Part shown: positions 11,256 through 21,438 of the stretch, piece by piece
Position numbering within the stretch: the stretch's first letter is position 1
Layout of the letters: every line of letters begins with the position of its first letter
Assembly (NCBI GenBank): GCA_024635485.1
Contig: JAGXIV010000036.1
Coordinates: 18,663-82,662, forward strand
Direction: 5' to 3'
DNA length: 64,000 nucleotides
DNA from: a bacterium
GTDB lineage: Bacteria; Patescibacteriota; Gracilibacteria; BD1-5; UBA6164
Position numbers and translations under genes: made by a program
The notes under the pieces: generated by a model
Told to the model about the DNA's origin: nothing
Databases searched by the model: none
The model's input: only the letters and a program-made list of their open reading frames with translations

Positions 11256-12968
11256 TTAAGAGAGATACGTAATAAGTCATTCTATAGTATCTTTTCATGG
11301 ATTTCAATCTATTTGCTGCTGAGTTGAACCATCAAAATTTAGATATTCAGCTTGAATTATTTTAAGAGCGTTTCCAGATTTATTTCCCCATAGGGCATCT
11401 ATAGTCCCCATAGTATTTCTTACATCAAGCATTGAAATTGCTACTTGAAAAATATAAGCATATATAAGAGAGTCAGGACGTACAAGAGGAAATTTTTGTC
11501 ATCGTATACTTTCTAAAGCTCTGAGTAAATCCGCTCTTGATTCAATTGGAGGGAGTAGGTTTATTTCTGATTCCGTGAGTCTTGAAAAACTTATTTCATT
11601 ATGGATACTTAATTCGGGAGTTTCTTCTTGCAATACTTCTATTTCTACTGGTACATTTTCTGGATCAGGAGTACCGTAATCAGGATGTTCAAATGGAATT
11701 CCTAAATCTGGAACATCTTTATCAACGGGTCTATTGGGATCTAGATAGCTTATAGGTGGGAGTGTTGTTGTCGTTATTTCTTCGGGTTCAGTAAACTTTG
11801 AAGTTACTCAATCTTCAGAATTATTTCTAATAATTGGGAAAATAGGGGCAGTCCTATTTAAATATTCATTTTGATTTCATCCTATGTAGGCTGATATTTC
11901 TCCACTTGGAGCTATTGGCTGAGTTGGTCAAACGGTCATGATAGCAAGATTTTGTAATTGTTGTTCTTGCGTCTCGCATAAAAGTATCTTTGCATCAATA
12001 GTTGCTTTGAGTTCATTAATTTTGATAAGAGTCATTCCGTCTATACTTTGTAATCCTGCAATTGCAGTATTAATTTTGGAAATTTCAGTATTTAATTGCA
12101 GTCTTACGGTTCAGATATCTAACAATAATGTATCTATCTTTGCATTTGTTAGCGTATCAATTTCTCATAGGAGTTTTATAGACTCACTTAGAGTAGCTAC
12201 TTGATTATTAAAACTCTGAATCTGAGAAGAAATATTTTGAATATCTCATTCAATCAATCTGATTTTTTCTGTGAGTGCATTATTATCTTCAATGAGAAGA
12301 TTCACTCTATGTTGTTGCATATCTTTATATACAGCATCTCGTACTACGGAAGATTCTGAATCTATAGTATTTATTCTTTCCATTTCAGAACCTGTCATAT
12401 CATCAATCGAAGTATATTTCGCAATATCATACCATTCTGGTTTCTGAATATTTGTATTTCAAGAAGAGATTGTTCCTAGAAAATCATTATTTCTTAGGCT
12501 TATATTTTTTACAAATACATTTAAGTCTCAATTTGAAAGTTCAAAAATTATTTCTCTTTCTTCTGGTTCTATAATTTTTTCATCGTATTCAAAAAATCAA
12601 GAACCATCTTTTATAATAACCTTTGTTTGAAGATACTCTCTATTAATTTCATAAATATCCTGAATATTAAAATCAAGCCCAGCAAGATCTATTATTTTTT
12701 GTAATTGCAGCATTCAATCTATATCATGTACCATGAATCATTGTATCAATGAATCTTGAAGTATATCTTGGAGTACACATTTTGATCTCTCATATACATT
12801 TTCAGTATCATTTCCCAGAGCTTCATACAGAGTTGATATAGTCTCAGTATCATTTGAATCAAGTTTTCAATCTGATATCATTTTTTGAATTAATTCATCG
12901 AGATTTGAATTATTAGCGTTTGAGTCCTGAACTCACTCTGAATTTGAAATTATATGTTCGAATCCCAT
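11256..12968 (-). CDS. Hypothetical protein with a central coiled-coil-like region (570 aa)
   Basis: ATG 12968 and TAA 11256-11258 are in the same frame. My translation is continuous, with many TGA. The centre has heptad-like runs (LIE-G-DIQNISSQIQSFNNQVATLSESIKLL). The C-terminal half is rich in Pro, Asp and Glu. Confidence 0.5.
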
Positions 12969-13098
12969 GATAGAGTTAATTAGAAATATATAACTATATT
13001 GTAACATAAAACTCTATAAATAGTCAAATTAGGAATGATAATACATAACTCATACAAAAAAAAGGTACATTTAAAACAATTAACATTGAAAATATGAA

Positions 13099-14220
13099 AT
13101 GAAAAAAAATACAAATAGTGTGACTTGGATAGAACTTTTCTTTGATTTAGGATATGTAGCACTTATCGCTCAGCTCGCTTATAATATAGTTCCTGAAGAT
13201 GGACTCCTTTCTCTTTTTAAATTTTTGATAGTTTTTATTGCTGTATTCTTTCTATGGTGGATGACAACTGTAAATCGAAACTTGGATGATACTGAGGAGT
13301 CTATAAAAATTTTTCTCATACAAATACAATTATTTTTTATTATGACTATTTCTATTCTATTACATAGTATAGAAAACTTGGGAATTCAATATATACTAGC
13401 AGCGATATTTGCAGCAAGACTGACCATATTGTGATTAATCTATCTTCATAAAAAAAGTACTAATAATAATCTTGCTTCAAATTCCAGATGAAATTTACTT
13501 GTATGATATTCTATTTCTACTGTATTATATTTACTCATTGCTTTTATTTGATGAGAACTTATGTATTTCTATTTTATTCTTCTGATAGTTTATGATTTTC
13601 TTCTTCCAGAAATTAAGGAGAAATGACATAAAAATCCTCTGTATAAACTTGATAATAATCTCATATATGAGAGGTTATGACATTTTAAAGTTTTAGTTAT
13701 TGGTGAAAGTATTCTCGTAGTTTCGCTCGTGAGTGAGTGAGCTTGAAATATAAATACCTTTCATGGAGCATTTTATGCGGTGATGTGATTTATTATTCTA
13801 TGTACAATGTGGTGGGCTTATTTTCCTATGGCACAAGAAAAAATCAAACAAAAAGAAATTCAAAATCTTAACATATTTCTCTTTACCCATATAGGTATGT
13901 TTATTGGAGTAATTCTTTTTGCTGTATGAATTAAATGAGCGTTAGAAACAGAAAGTGAAAATATAGAAAGTCATTTTAATACGTATCTCGCAGCTGGGAT
14001 TAGCATATATATTATTGCTAATAGCCTACTTCGTATCATGCACACAATTGAAAAAAAGATAATTCTCTCTATAATCGGGGGCAGTATTATCGCAATAATA
14101 ATATGAATGATGGCACTCTCATATATTATTTCTATAAATAGTTATATGTTAGCAAGTACTATATTACTCTGTTTTATTGCATATTCGCTTATTCTCAACA
14201 GAAAAAAGTTATGTAGTTAA
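13099..14220 (+). CDS. LtrA (low temperature requirement A) family membrane protein (373 aa)
   Basis: N-terminal signature VTWIELFFDLGYVALIAQL. It is multi-pass and hydrophobic throughout, with many in-frame TGA. TAA 14218-14220. Confidence 0.7.
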
Positions 14221-15452
14221 AATGTTACAAAAAATGTAGTTCATTTTCCTAGTTCACTCTCAACTCTCAGCTTCCAATTATTTGAGTCTGCAATTTTTTT
14301 GACAAGTGAAAGTCCTATTCAGTAGCCCTCTCCATTTCTACTACTTGAAGCTTGATAAAATCTTTCAAATATCTTTTCTTTATCTGACTGTGAAATTCAT
14401 AATCCATTATCTGCAATAGAAAGTGTATTCTTTTTTATTTTGAGCTCAATTTTCCCTCATACTGGAGTATAACGAATTGCATTTTTTATAATATTAGAGA
14501 GCAGGACATGTAACTCATGTTTGTTTGCATATATTTTATAATCAGGGAGAACGAGTCAGAGATATTCTAATTTTTTCTTTTGAATCATATCTTCAAATTC
14601 TCGATTAATTTCTTCTATTTCTAAGGTAAGTGATAAGTTTTCTTTTTCACTTAAAGTTCACAATTCAGAGAGTTCACGAAGACTTTCAATAAGTCCAGTC
14701 ATAGTATCTATCTCTTTAAATGATTCTGTGAGCAAAAGAGGATCAAGCTTTTTTTCTGCCATCATAACTTGGAGATTTCATCTCATAATTGCAAGTGGAG
14801 TTTTAAGCTCATGACCAGCATTATGTATAAAATCTTTCATATCTTCTAGATTTTGCTCAACCGGTTGTAAGGTTCTTCAGACAAATCTATATCACACAAA
14901 ATAAAATAATACTCAAAAAAGAGTTGTAATAAAAAGAAGTAAAAATATATCAGTAATAAGCTCTGATGAATTGTATGAAAGTTTTTTATAAAAAATTAAG
15001 GTTCACCCAGAATAATAGTTTTCTAATTGATGAGATTTAAAAAAATATCCATTTCGAGTAAATATTTTGTCTCCTGATGCGTTTACAGGAAATGCTACAA
15101 ACTCAGGTGCTTCTACAAAATTTTGAAACACCAGTTGCCCCATATTATCCAATATGAAAAAACTGATATCGAAGCGATTTTTATTTCCTATCTGATCACG
15201 AAATTTTCCAAAACTCTGTTTTTCTTCAATAGCTTGTTTTATAAGAAAACTCTGAGGGAAGTTTGCATCAGTTTCTGCAAGCTTAATAATATCTTGGCTG
15301 AGTAATTCAAACTCTTTCGTTTGAATCCTCATATCATTTAAATATTTAGCTCAAAGTGTAGATAATCCTAACACAAGTACAATACAAAACACCACTCCAG
15401 TAAAGAGTAGTGTAAGTTTTTTATGCGTTTGCTGAAGTTTAGTATCTTGCAT
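14217..15452 (-). CDS. Sensor histidine kinase (411 aa)
   Basis: ATG 15452. Two TM segments flank the region of track ORF 15003-15332. H-box HNAGHELKTPLA, N-box NAIRYTP, G-boxes DNGL-G-I and G-Y-G-IGLS. TAA 14217-14219. Confidence 0.8.
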
Positions 15453-15461
15453 TTTTTATTT

Positions 15462-16124
15462 CTATTGAGCTATATAACCATATCACTTTTTTGTTTCTAC
15501 GATATCTCTCCCTAATTTTTTTCTAATGTATCCTATATAGACATCAACAGTTTTAGAAAACATAAAGTCTCCCTCAAATTCTCACCATACTTTTTCATAC
15601 AATTCTTGTCGTGTTACGACTTTATTTTTATTTTGCGCAAAATATTTTAGTAAATCAAATTCAAGATTAGAAAGATGAAATGATTCTTTGCTATTGTAGA
15701 CTTCTCGCTTCACTAAGTCTATGGTATAGTCAGCAATAGTCAATGTTGTGGTAGATTTATTTTTGAGATTACGTCTTGTAAGTGCATCAAGTCTCGCCAC
15801 AAGAATATCATAATCAAAAGGTTTTATGAGATAGTCATCTGCCCCTGCTTCAAGTCCAGCAATCATATCTTCCTTGCTACTACGACTTGTAAGCATAATA
15901 ACTGGCACATCTTTTTCTTTTTCTCTGAGTTCTCGACACAGAGTAATTCCATCTTTTTCTGGAAGATTAATATCTAAGATGATTGCATCATAATATTTAG
16001 TGGCAGCTTTATATAAACCATCTATACCATCTGGACTAATATCTGCCTGAATATTTTTAGTGGCGAGAAACCTTACGACACTCGTAGCAAGAGCTTGAGT
16101 ATCCTCTACAATTAATACCTTCAT
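15462..16124 (-). CDS. OmpR-family response regulator (220 aa)
   Basis: Track ORF 15582-16124 gives the receiver (ILDINLPEKDG, LIKPF). It continues VW-G-EFEGD..TVDVYIGYIRKKL..KK-G-YGY to TAG 15462-15464. The kinase starts 10 nt downstream. Confidence 0.85.
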
Positions 16125-16161
16125 TTGTGTGTTGTTTTTATGAATTATACGATATATTATA

Positions 16162-16188
16162 CTAAGCGTATCGTAAGAGAGAAGTAAG
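16162..16188 (+). promoter_or_regulatory. Three 11-bp-phased pentamers (CTAAG, GTAAG, GTAAG) upstream of the response-regulator gene
   Basis: The pentamers start at 16162, 16173 and 16184. They lie between the upstream gene's terminator and the RR start at 16124. Confidence 0.3.
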
Positions 16189-16194
16189 GAAAAT

Positions 16195-16218
16195 AAAAAC
16201 TCGCAAAAGCGAGTTTTT
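16195..16218 (-). terminator. Terminator hairpin
   Basis: aaaaactcgc-aaaa-gcgagttttt, downstream of the 16266-17069 gene. Confidence 0.7.
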
Positions 16219-16265
16219 ATAGTTCTGAAATTTATATATTACTTTATTTTTCTAACTTGAAACAA

Positions 16266-17069
16266 TTAATTTGTTTGAATTGATTCCAATTCTGAAGTAT
16301 CATCTTGTTCCATATCATTATCCATTTCTTCTTCAAATCACATATGTCCTATTTTTCTTCCTTTGTTTCAGAATTTCCCTTCTTTCTTTGGAAGCGAGTC
16401 TAGGGTCGCTTGTTCTTCTGAAGTAAGTATTTCTCCGGCACCCAGTTTCATTTTAATTGCTTCAAAGCGTTCTCTTTGAGCTTCTCTCTGAGCATTTTGT
16501 GATTGCATTGTTTCGAGTTGAGTTTTTTCGTCAGGAGTGAGTTCATCTCAAGCAACAAGTTTCGCTATGATATCTCATCTTTTTTTACTCATAGGATGAT
16601 TCATATCATTATTTTCAAACTTTGCAAGAATTTCTAATCGAGTCGCTTCTTCTGCAGCTGTAAGAGATTCACCGGCAATTAGTTTATCAATCACGAGTTT
16701 ATGAGCTTCTTTTTGTGCTATCATAGCTTCTTTTTTTGCAGCAAAAAAAGTTTGTTTTTCTGCATCTGTCATAGATTCAAGAGATGCTATTTCTTCTGAA
16801 GTAAGATTATTAAATCAAGATCTTTTCCCAAAACCATCAAAACCTTTTTTCATTGCTCTGTCTCACAGTACTGCTTTTGCCTCATCGAGGAGAGCTTGTT
16901 CCTCAGCACTGAGAGATTCTCATGATTCAAGCTTATTATAAATTTCACGAATTTCCGATTTTCATCTCAATGTTCCTTTGAGATTTCCACTACTCGCTGC
17001 AGATATTCAAGCAAATCATGTAGAGGCAATTCACAAGACCAAAACGGCGGAAAGTATTTTATTATTCAT
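16266..17069 (-). CDS. Secreted LT/SxxE-repeat protein (267 aa), reminiscent of the LTXXQ (CpxP/Spy) family
   Basis: ATG 17069. Signal peptide MNNKILSAVLVL-G-IASTGFA. Repeated units: GESLSAEEQALL, GESLTAAEEATRL, GDELTPDEKTQL and GEILTSEEQATL. Track ORF 16575-16772 is in frame. TAA 16266-16268. Confidence 0.55.
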
Positions 17070-17124
17070 GGTAATATATAGTTATTTAAATAAAATAGTA
17101 CATACTCAGTATAACATCATTTTG

Positions 17125-17140
17125 GTAAGATACAGGTAAG
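17125..17140 (+). promoter_or_regulatory. GTAAG-N6-GTAAG direct repeat in the control region of the LT/SxxE-repeat gene
   Basis: GTAAG at 17125 and at 17136, an 11-bp phase. Confidence 0.3.
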
Positions 17141-17232
17141 TAAAAATGGCCCTGTTTATTCCCAAAAGAGATACCTGAAATGAGAAATGTTCATAATTCC
17201 GGAATGAACATATACAAGTATGAACTAATACG

Positions 17233-17252
17233 GTAAGAGATGGATAAGTAAG
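17233..17252 (+). promoter_or_regulatory. GTAAG-N6-ATAAG direct repeat in the same control region
   Basis: GTAAG at 17233, ATAAG at 17244 (an 11-bp phase), and an overlapping GTAAG at 17248. Confidence 0.3.
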
Positions 17253-17263
17253 AATTATCACAA

Positions 17264-17292
17264 AAAAAAGCTCTCAAGATTGAGAGTTTTTT
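17264..17292 (-). terminator. Terminator hairpin
   Basis: The stem ctctca / tgagag has A and T run flanks. It lies downstream of the 17307-18110 gene. Confidence 0.55.
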
Positions 17293-17306
17293 TATATTTT
17301 ATATTT

Positions 17307-18110
17307 TTATTTGATGTATGCTGGAAGCTTTGATTGTGATATTGCTGATGGATATTCAAATACATACTCTTCTGTAATCACTCCTTCTTGCCATCTTGCA
17401 AGTGTCATGTACATTTCTTGAGTTTTTGCTGTTCGAGCTGGACCTGCAGAAGGAATGAGAGAACCAGTTGCTGAAAGTTCAATCTTTACAGGAATTTCAG
17501 TGTATACATCTTTGAGTGTTACTACCGCTGTCCATTCACCCTGAGATATTTCAACTGGATATCCAACAATTTCATTTTTATCATTTTCAAGCTTAAGAGC
17601 TACTGCGAGTTTCTTCTCATATGCTGCAAAAGAATCACCAGAAATAGGTCCTTCAATAGTTGCATCAGGTGTATAGAACATAGCGAGATCACTTTGTTTT
17701 ACTTGATCTATAGGAGTTTCTCAAGTTTGTACGAGAGATCCAGAAGCCGTATCTCATTCTCCTGTTCACGAAAGACTCCCTGTTGACGTTGGAGTCGTCG
17801 CTCCGCTTGCTGAAATAAGTGTGCCAGAATTTGTAGCAGATATTTTTGCAGCTGGAACATTGAGAGATTTCATTATTTCTCTTAGAGATTTAAAAGTAGC
17901 TACATTTTCTTTTTCAATAGTCTCTGCATCAGTAATTGCTTGAAGATTTTTAGTTTGCTCAGCTGATTGCGCTTGAGCTACAGTTAATTGAGTTTGTAGT
18001 TCAGACTTATCTGATTCTAATTTCGCAAGTTCACTTTGGAAATAAAAATATCCACCAACTCAAGCTCCAATAAATACAAGTGCCACGACTGCAGCGATCA
18101 TAATGTTTTT
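17307..18110 (-). CDS. Membrane-anchored hypothetical protein (267 aa)
   Basis: ATG 18110. N-terminal TM helix IMIAAVVALVFIGA-G-VGGYFYF, followed by a coiled-coil-like stretch. Track ORF 17307-17681 is in frame. TAA 17307-17309. Confidence 0.5.
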
Positions 18111-18173
18111 CATATAATTGTCTCACTAATAAATAAATACAACAAAAGTGTACAATATATTTTATTCACCATC

Positions 18174-18206
18174 AAAAATCAAGGACTATTTTTCCTTGAT
18201 TTTTTT
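18174..18206. terminator. Orphan strong hairpin with A and T flanks (terminator-like in both orientations)
   Basis: 12-bp stem aaaaatcaagga / tccttgattttt with a 7-nt loop. No CDS ends next to it on either strand. Confidence 0.4.
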
Positions 18207-18307
18207 ATATAATTATGTGAAAGAAAAAAATATCAGTATTTTTTGACAAAGAAAAAAGTATTCATACAAATTAAACACTCCAAAAAATAGAATTGAGGAA
18301 ACTAAAA

Positions 18308-18430
18308 ATGAGCAAAAAAACTAAAATTCTTGGAGTCATTGTCATAATTGGATTCACTATATTGATGATTGATGGCTGTAGGAACGCTGATTGTGTGATG
18401 CCTTGGGATATTTTTGGACTTATAAATTAA
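18308..18430 (+). CDS. Small hydrophobic peptide (40 aa)
   Basis: GAGGA lies 9 nt upstream of ATG 18308. The peptide is MSKKTKILGVIVIIGFTILMIDGCRNADCVMPWDIFGLIN. TAA 18428-18430, followed by a GC-rich terminator. Confidence 0.35.
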   Translation: MSKKTKILGVIVIIGFTILMIDGCRNADCVMPWDIFGLIN

Positions 18431-18485
18431 AGTATAATACAACTCAAAGAGATTGTTTGTATGTTGTTTTGACTTTACTATAAGT

Positions 18486-18509
18486 AAGCCTCCGCTATTG
18501 CGGAGGCTT
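18486..18509 (+). terminator. GC-rich terminator hairpin
   Basis: aagcctccgc-tatt-gcggaggctt, followed by T/A. Confidence 0.7.
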
Positions 18510-18588
18510 TAAAATTCTCTTGATTTTTTCAGTATTTTCGTATTATTCAGCCCGCAAAGAAACATTCACGCTATCAAGGAACACGCAT

Positions 18589-18894
18589 ATGCTGATGAAA
18601 CCACTTGCTTCTCTCGCCCTCATTCTTGCTTTGTCTGGAAATTCTGTTACTGCAGAACAAGTCCAAGAAATATATATTCCCTATCAAGCCCAACTAAGAG
18701 ATGGGAGGATAGAAACGTATCGAGAATTTGTTCAAAGGGAATATGATCGATTGAAAGTATTACAAACACTTTTTGGAAATACTTCTAATGGATGTATGAC
18801 TGAGGTGGTCATCCAAGGATATGACCCCATGTGTATTACAATTCCTCTTAAAAGCGAGAAATGAAAATATAGTGCGAAAAAAATAGGCACATAG
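18589..18894 (+). CDS. Small secreted protein (101 aa)
   Basis: ATG 18589 lies inside track ORF 18520-18864. Signal peptide MLMKPLASLALILALSGNSVTA. One TGA, then TAG 18892-18894. Confidence 0.45.
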
Positions 18895-19036
18895 TTTTCA
18901 TTTTTGGAGTAGTAGTTCTTCTCCTGCTTCTTATTTACTCAGCAGGTTCAAAGGGAGCACCACCCAAATATTCAGGACGAGAATATGTAACAGACAAAGA
19001 ATGATTCGTCATTTCCTCATCTGTACAAAAAATAAG

Positions 19037-19066
19037 AAAAAGCCCCTCCTACGATTGGGGCTTTTT
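19037..19066 (+). terminator. Terminator hairpin
   Basis: aaaagcccc-N10-ggggctttt. Confidence 0.6.
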
Positions 19067-19087
19067 AGCATATGAAATACAATTTAC

Positions 19088-19117
19088 TTGACTTATTTAA
19101 AATTTAATTAATATAAT
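19088..19117 (+). promoter_or_regulatory. Near-consensus sigma-70 promoter
   Basis: TTGACT (19088-19093), an 18-nt spacer, then TATAAT (19112-19117). It lies about 35 nt upstream of the 19153 peptide gene. Confidence 0.5.
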
Positions 19118-19152
19118 ACAAATTAAAACACAAGTCTTGGAGGAGACAAAAA

Positions 19153-19284
19153 ATGAATTCTGGTTACATTGCAATCGCCATTGCAGCTATTTTCCTAGCA
19201 ATTGTAAACTCTCCTATGGGAAAATCATTGCTCAATTCGGGAAGCCAGCATAGCAATAACATAACTTTGAGGACAGACCAATAA
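19153..19284 (+). CDS. Small membrane peptide (43 aa)
   Basis: GGAGGAG lies 8 nt upstream of ATG 19153. The peptide is MNSGYIAIAIAAIFLAIVNSPMGKSLLNSGSQHSNNITLRTDQ. TAA 19282-19284. Confidence 0.4.
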   Translation: MNSGYIAIAIAAIFLAIVNSPMGKSLLNSGSQHSNNITLRTDQ

Positions 19285-19307
19285 TCTCATGACTCAAAGT
19301 ATGGATG

Positions 19308-19337
19308 AAAAAAGCCCCCGCAATGCGGGGGCTTTTT
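19308..19337. terminator. GC-rich bidirectional terminator hairpin
   Basis: aaaaagcccccgc-aat-gcgggggcttttt, between the peptide gene and the end of convergent htpG. Confidence 0.7.
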
Positions 19338-19370
19338 ATAATACTAAAACATTTTTTTAAATAAGTGGTA

Positions 19371-21260
19371 TTAATCCTTAAGATATTCCCCTGCAAATTG
19401 ATTCGTAAGTTTTACAAAATCTGCAATATTTTCTAGCTCTCCTCACTCTAGGAGTATAGCTTGCATATATGCGTAATGGGTAATATCTTTGAGTTTTTTA
19501 GATTTGATATCTAGTTTGAATTCCTTTTTCATCGCTTTCACAAGCTTATTATTTGGATTAAGTTCAAGAATTCGTTTCGTTTCAGGAACCGTTTGCCCCA
19601 TTGCTCGCATCATTTTTTCCATTTGTGGGTTCATGGCTCCATCTGGAGTTTTAAGAGCTCAAAGAGCGTCACCCAGATGAGGATTAAGTTCTACTTTTTC
19701 TATTTTATCAGATCCAATAGTATTTTTTACAAGTTCTAGGATATCTTTGAATTCTTTTCCGAGTTTTTCTTGTTTTTCTTTTTCTTCACTTGTTTCTTCC
19801 TTGAGTTTTATATCACTTGCAGTAATTGCTTTAAGTTTCACTGATTTATATTCATCTAAAACCCCAATCATCCATTCATCTATAGCATCAGTTAAGAGCA
19901 ATACATCAACATTATTTTCTCTAAATTGAGAGAGGTATGGACTTGCTAAGACCTCAGCTTTTGATTTCCCTGTGATATAATAGATGGTTTTTTCTTCATT
20001 CTTTTGTGTATCTAAGTAGTCATCTAAACTCATTTTTGAATCTCAAAGAAGTGTTTCAAATAAAAGTATTTCTGCTACATCTTGTTTCATATCTTGCTCA
20101 TAATACACTCATTCTTTGAGAATACTCCCATAATTATTAAAAAATGTTGTATAATTTTCTGATTTTTGTTCTCGGAGTTTTTTGAGTTCAGCAAGTATTT
20201 TTTTGGTAAGACCTTTTTTAATAGTATCGAGAGTTGTGTTTGATTGTAACATCTCACGACTAATATTGAGTGGGAGATCTGTCGTTTCAACGACTCATGA
20301 AACAAATCTCAGCCATACAGGAAGTAGCTCCTTTGCATGTTCTAAAATAAGGACATTTTGTACATACAGCTTTGGACCATAATCTTTGCTTGGATCTCTA
20401 TTATCTGCAAACATATTCGTAGCTTCTGGAATGTACAGCAGTGAGTTATAACTTACTTTCCCTTCAACAGCATTATGAATATGCCCTAATGGTGCCGTGA
20501 AATCCATGCTTACTGATTGGTAAAAATCTTTATATTCTTCATCTTTAATTTCAGATTTCATTTTTTTCCAAATAGCTTTCGTTTCATTTACTTGATTCCA
20601 AGTTGTCTTTTTATCATCTCATTCTCATTCTTCCTCTTCCATCATAATAGGAACTGCCACATAATTTGAGTATTTTTTAATAAGTTCCTTAATTTTCCAT
20701 TTTTCTAGGAGTTCATGATTTCCATCACCCAGATGCAAAATTACAGTAGTTCCCCTCCCCTCTCTCGTAGATTCTTCAAGTTCATATCAACTTTTTCAAT
20801 CACTCGTCCATCTATGTGCTTTGTGATCAAGTCCAGATTTTGTAATTAACTCGACTTTGTCAGCGACCATGAATGCTGAGTAAAATCCTACTCCAAACTG
20901 ACCAATCATATTATGTTCTCCTCCTTCCTTTGCTTTAGCAAGTTTCTCTACGAATTCTTTTGTTCCAGATTTAGCAATAGTTCAAATATGCTTATGTATC
21001 TCATCAGCCGTCATCCCGATACCATTATCTCTGATAGTGAGAGTTTTGGCTTCTGCGTCTGATTCAATTTGTATTTGAAAAGTAGCATCATCTCAAAGAA
21101 ATGTTGTATCAGTAAGAGCCTTAAGTCTTGCTTTATCGATTGCATCTGAGGCATTAGAAATAAGTTCTCTCAGGAATATTTCTTTATTTGAATAAATGGA
21201 ATGTGTCAGGAGCTCCAAAATTCGGCCTGTTTCAGCTTCAAAATTGTGTTGTTTTGACAT
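19371..21260 (-). CDS. htpG: Molecular chaperone HtpG (Hsp90 family, 629 aa)
   Basis: Track fragments 19443-19634, 19659-20033, 20295-20561 and 21093-21296 all share one frame. ATG 21260 ([10 protein letters not shown]). Motifs [12 protein letters not shown] and [14 protein letters not shown] 19371-19373. Confidence 0.9.
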
Positions 21261-21288
21261 AGTAAAATATTTTAAAAAATAATTTTTA

Positions 21289-21316
21289 TTAAGCACCTAA
21301 AAATAATAGGTGCTAA
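21289..21316. promoter_or_regulatory. CIRCE-like inverted repeat upstream of htpG
   Basis: The sequence is ttAAGCACctaaaaataatagGTGCTAA. AGCAC and GTGCT are separated by 13 nt, the same spacing as in CIRCE (TTAGCACTC-N9-GAGTGCTAA). It lies 29-56 nt upstream of the htpG ATG. Confidence 0.45.
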
Positions 21317-21438
21317 AATTGTAGCGATTTTTCATATGAGGTCAAGAAATAATAGTATTCTGAAACTTATTTAAATATTGACATTTTAAATTTTAATTTA
21401 TAATAAAAATATATTATACTACCTAAATAATAAAATTT

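Noticed and set aside
18895-19103. I considered an independent TM-protein gene downstream of the 101-aa secreted protein.
   Set aside because: The frame has no usable start codon, because a TAG follows the only ATG after three codons. It also runs through a terminator hairpin. I report it only as a possible frameshift partner.
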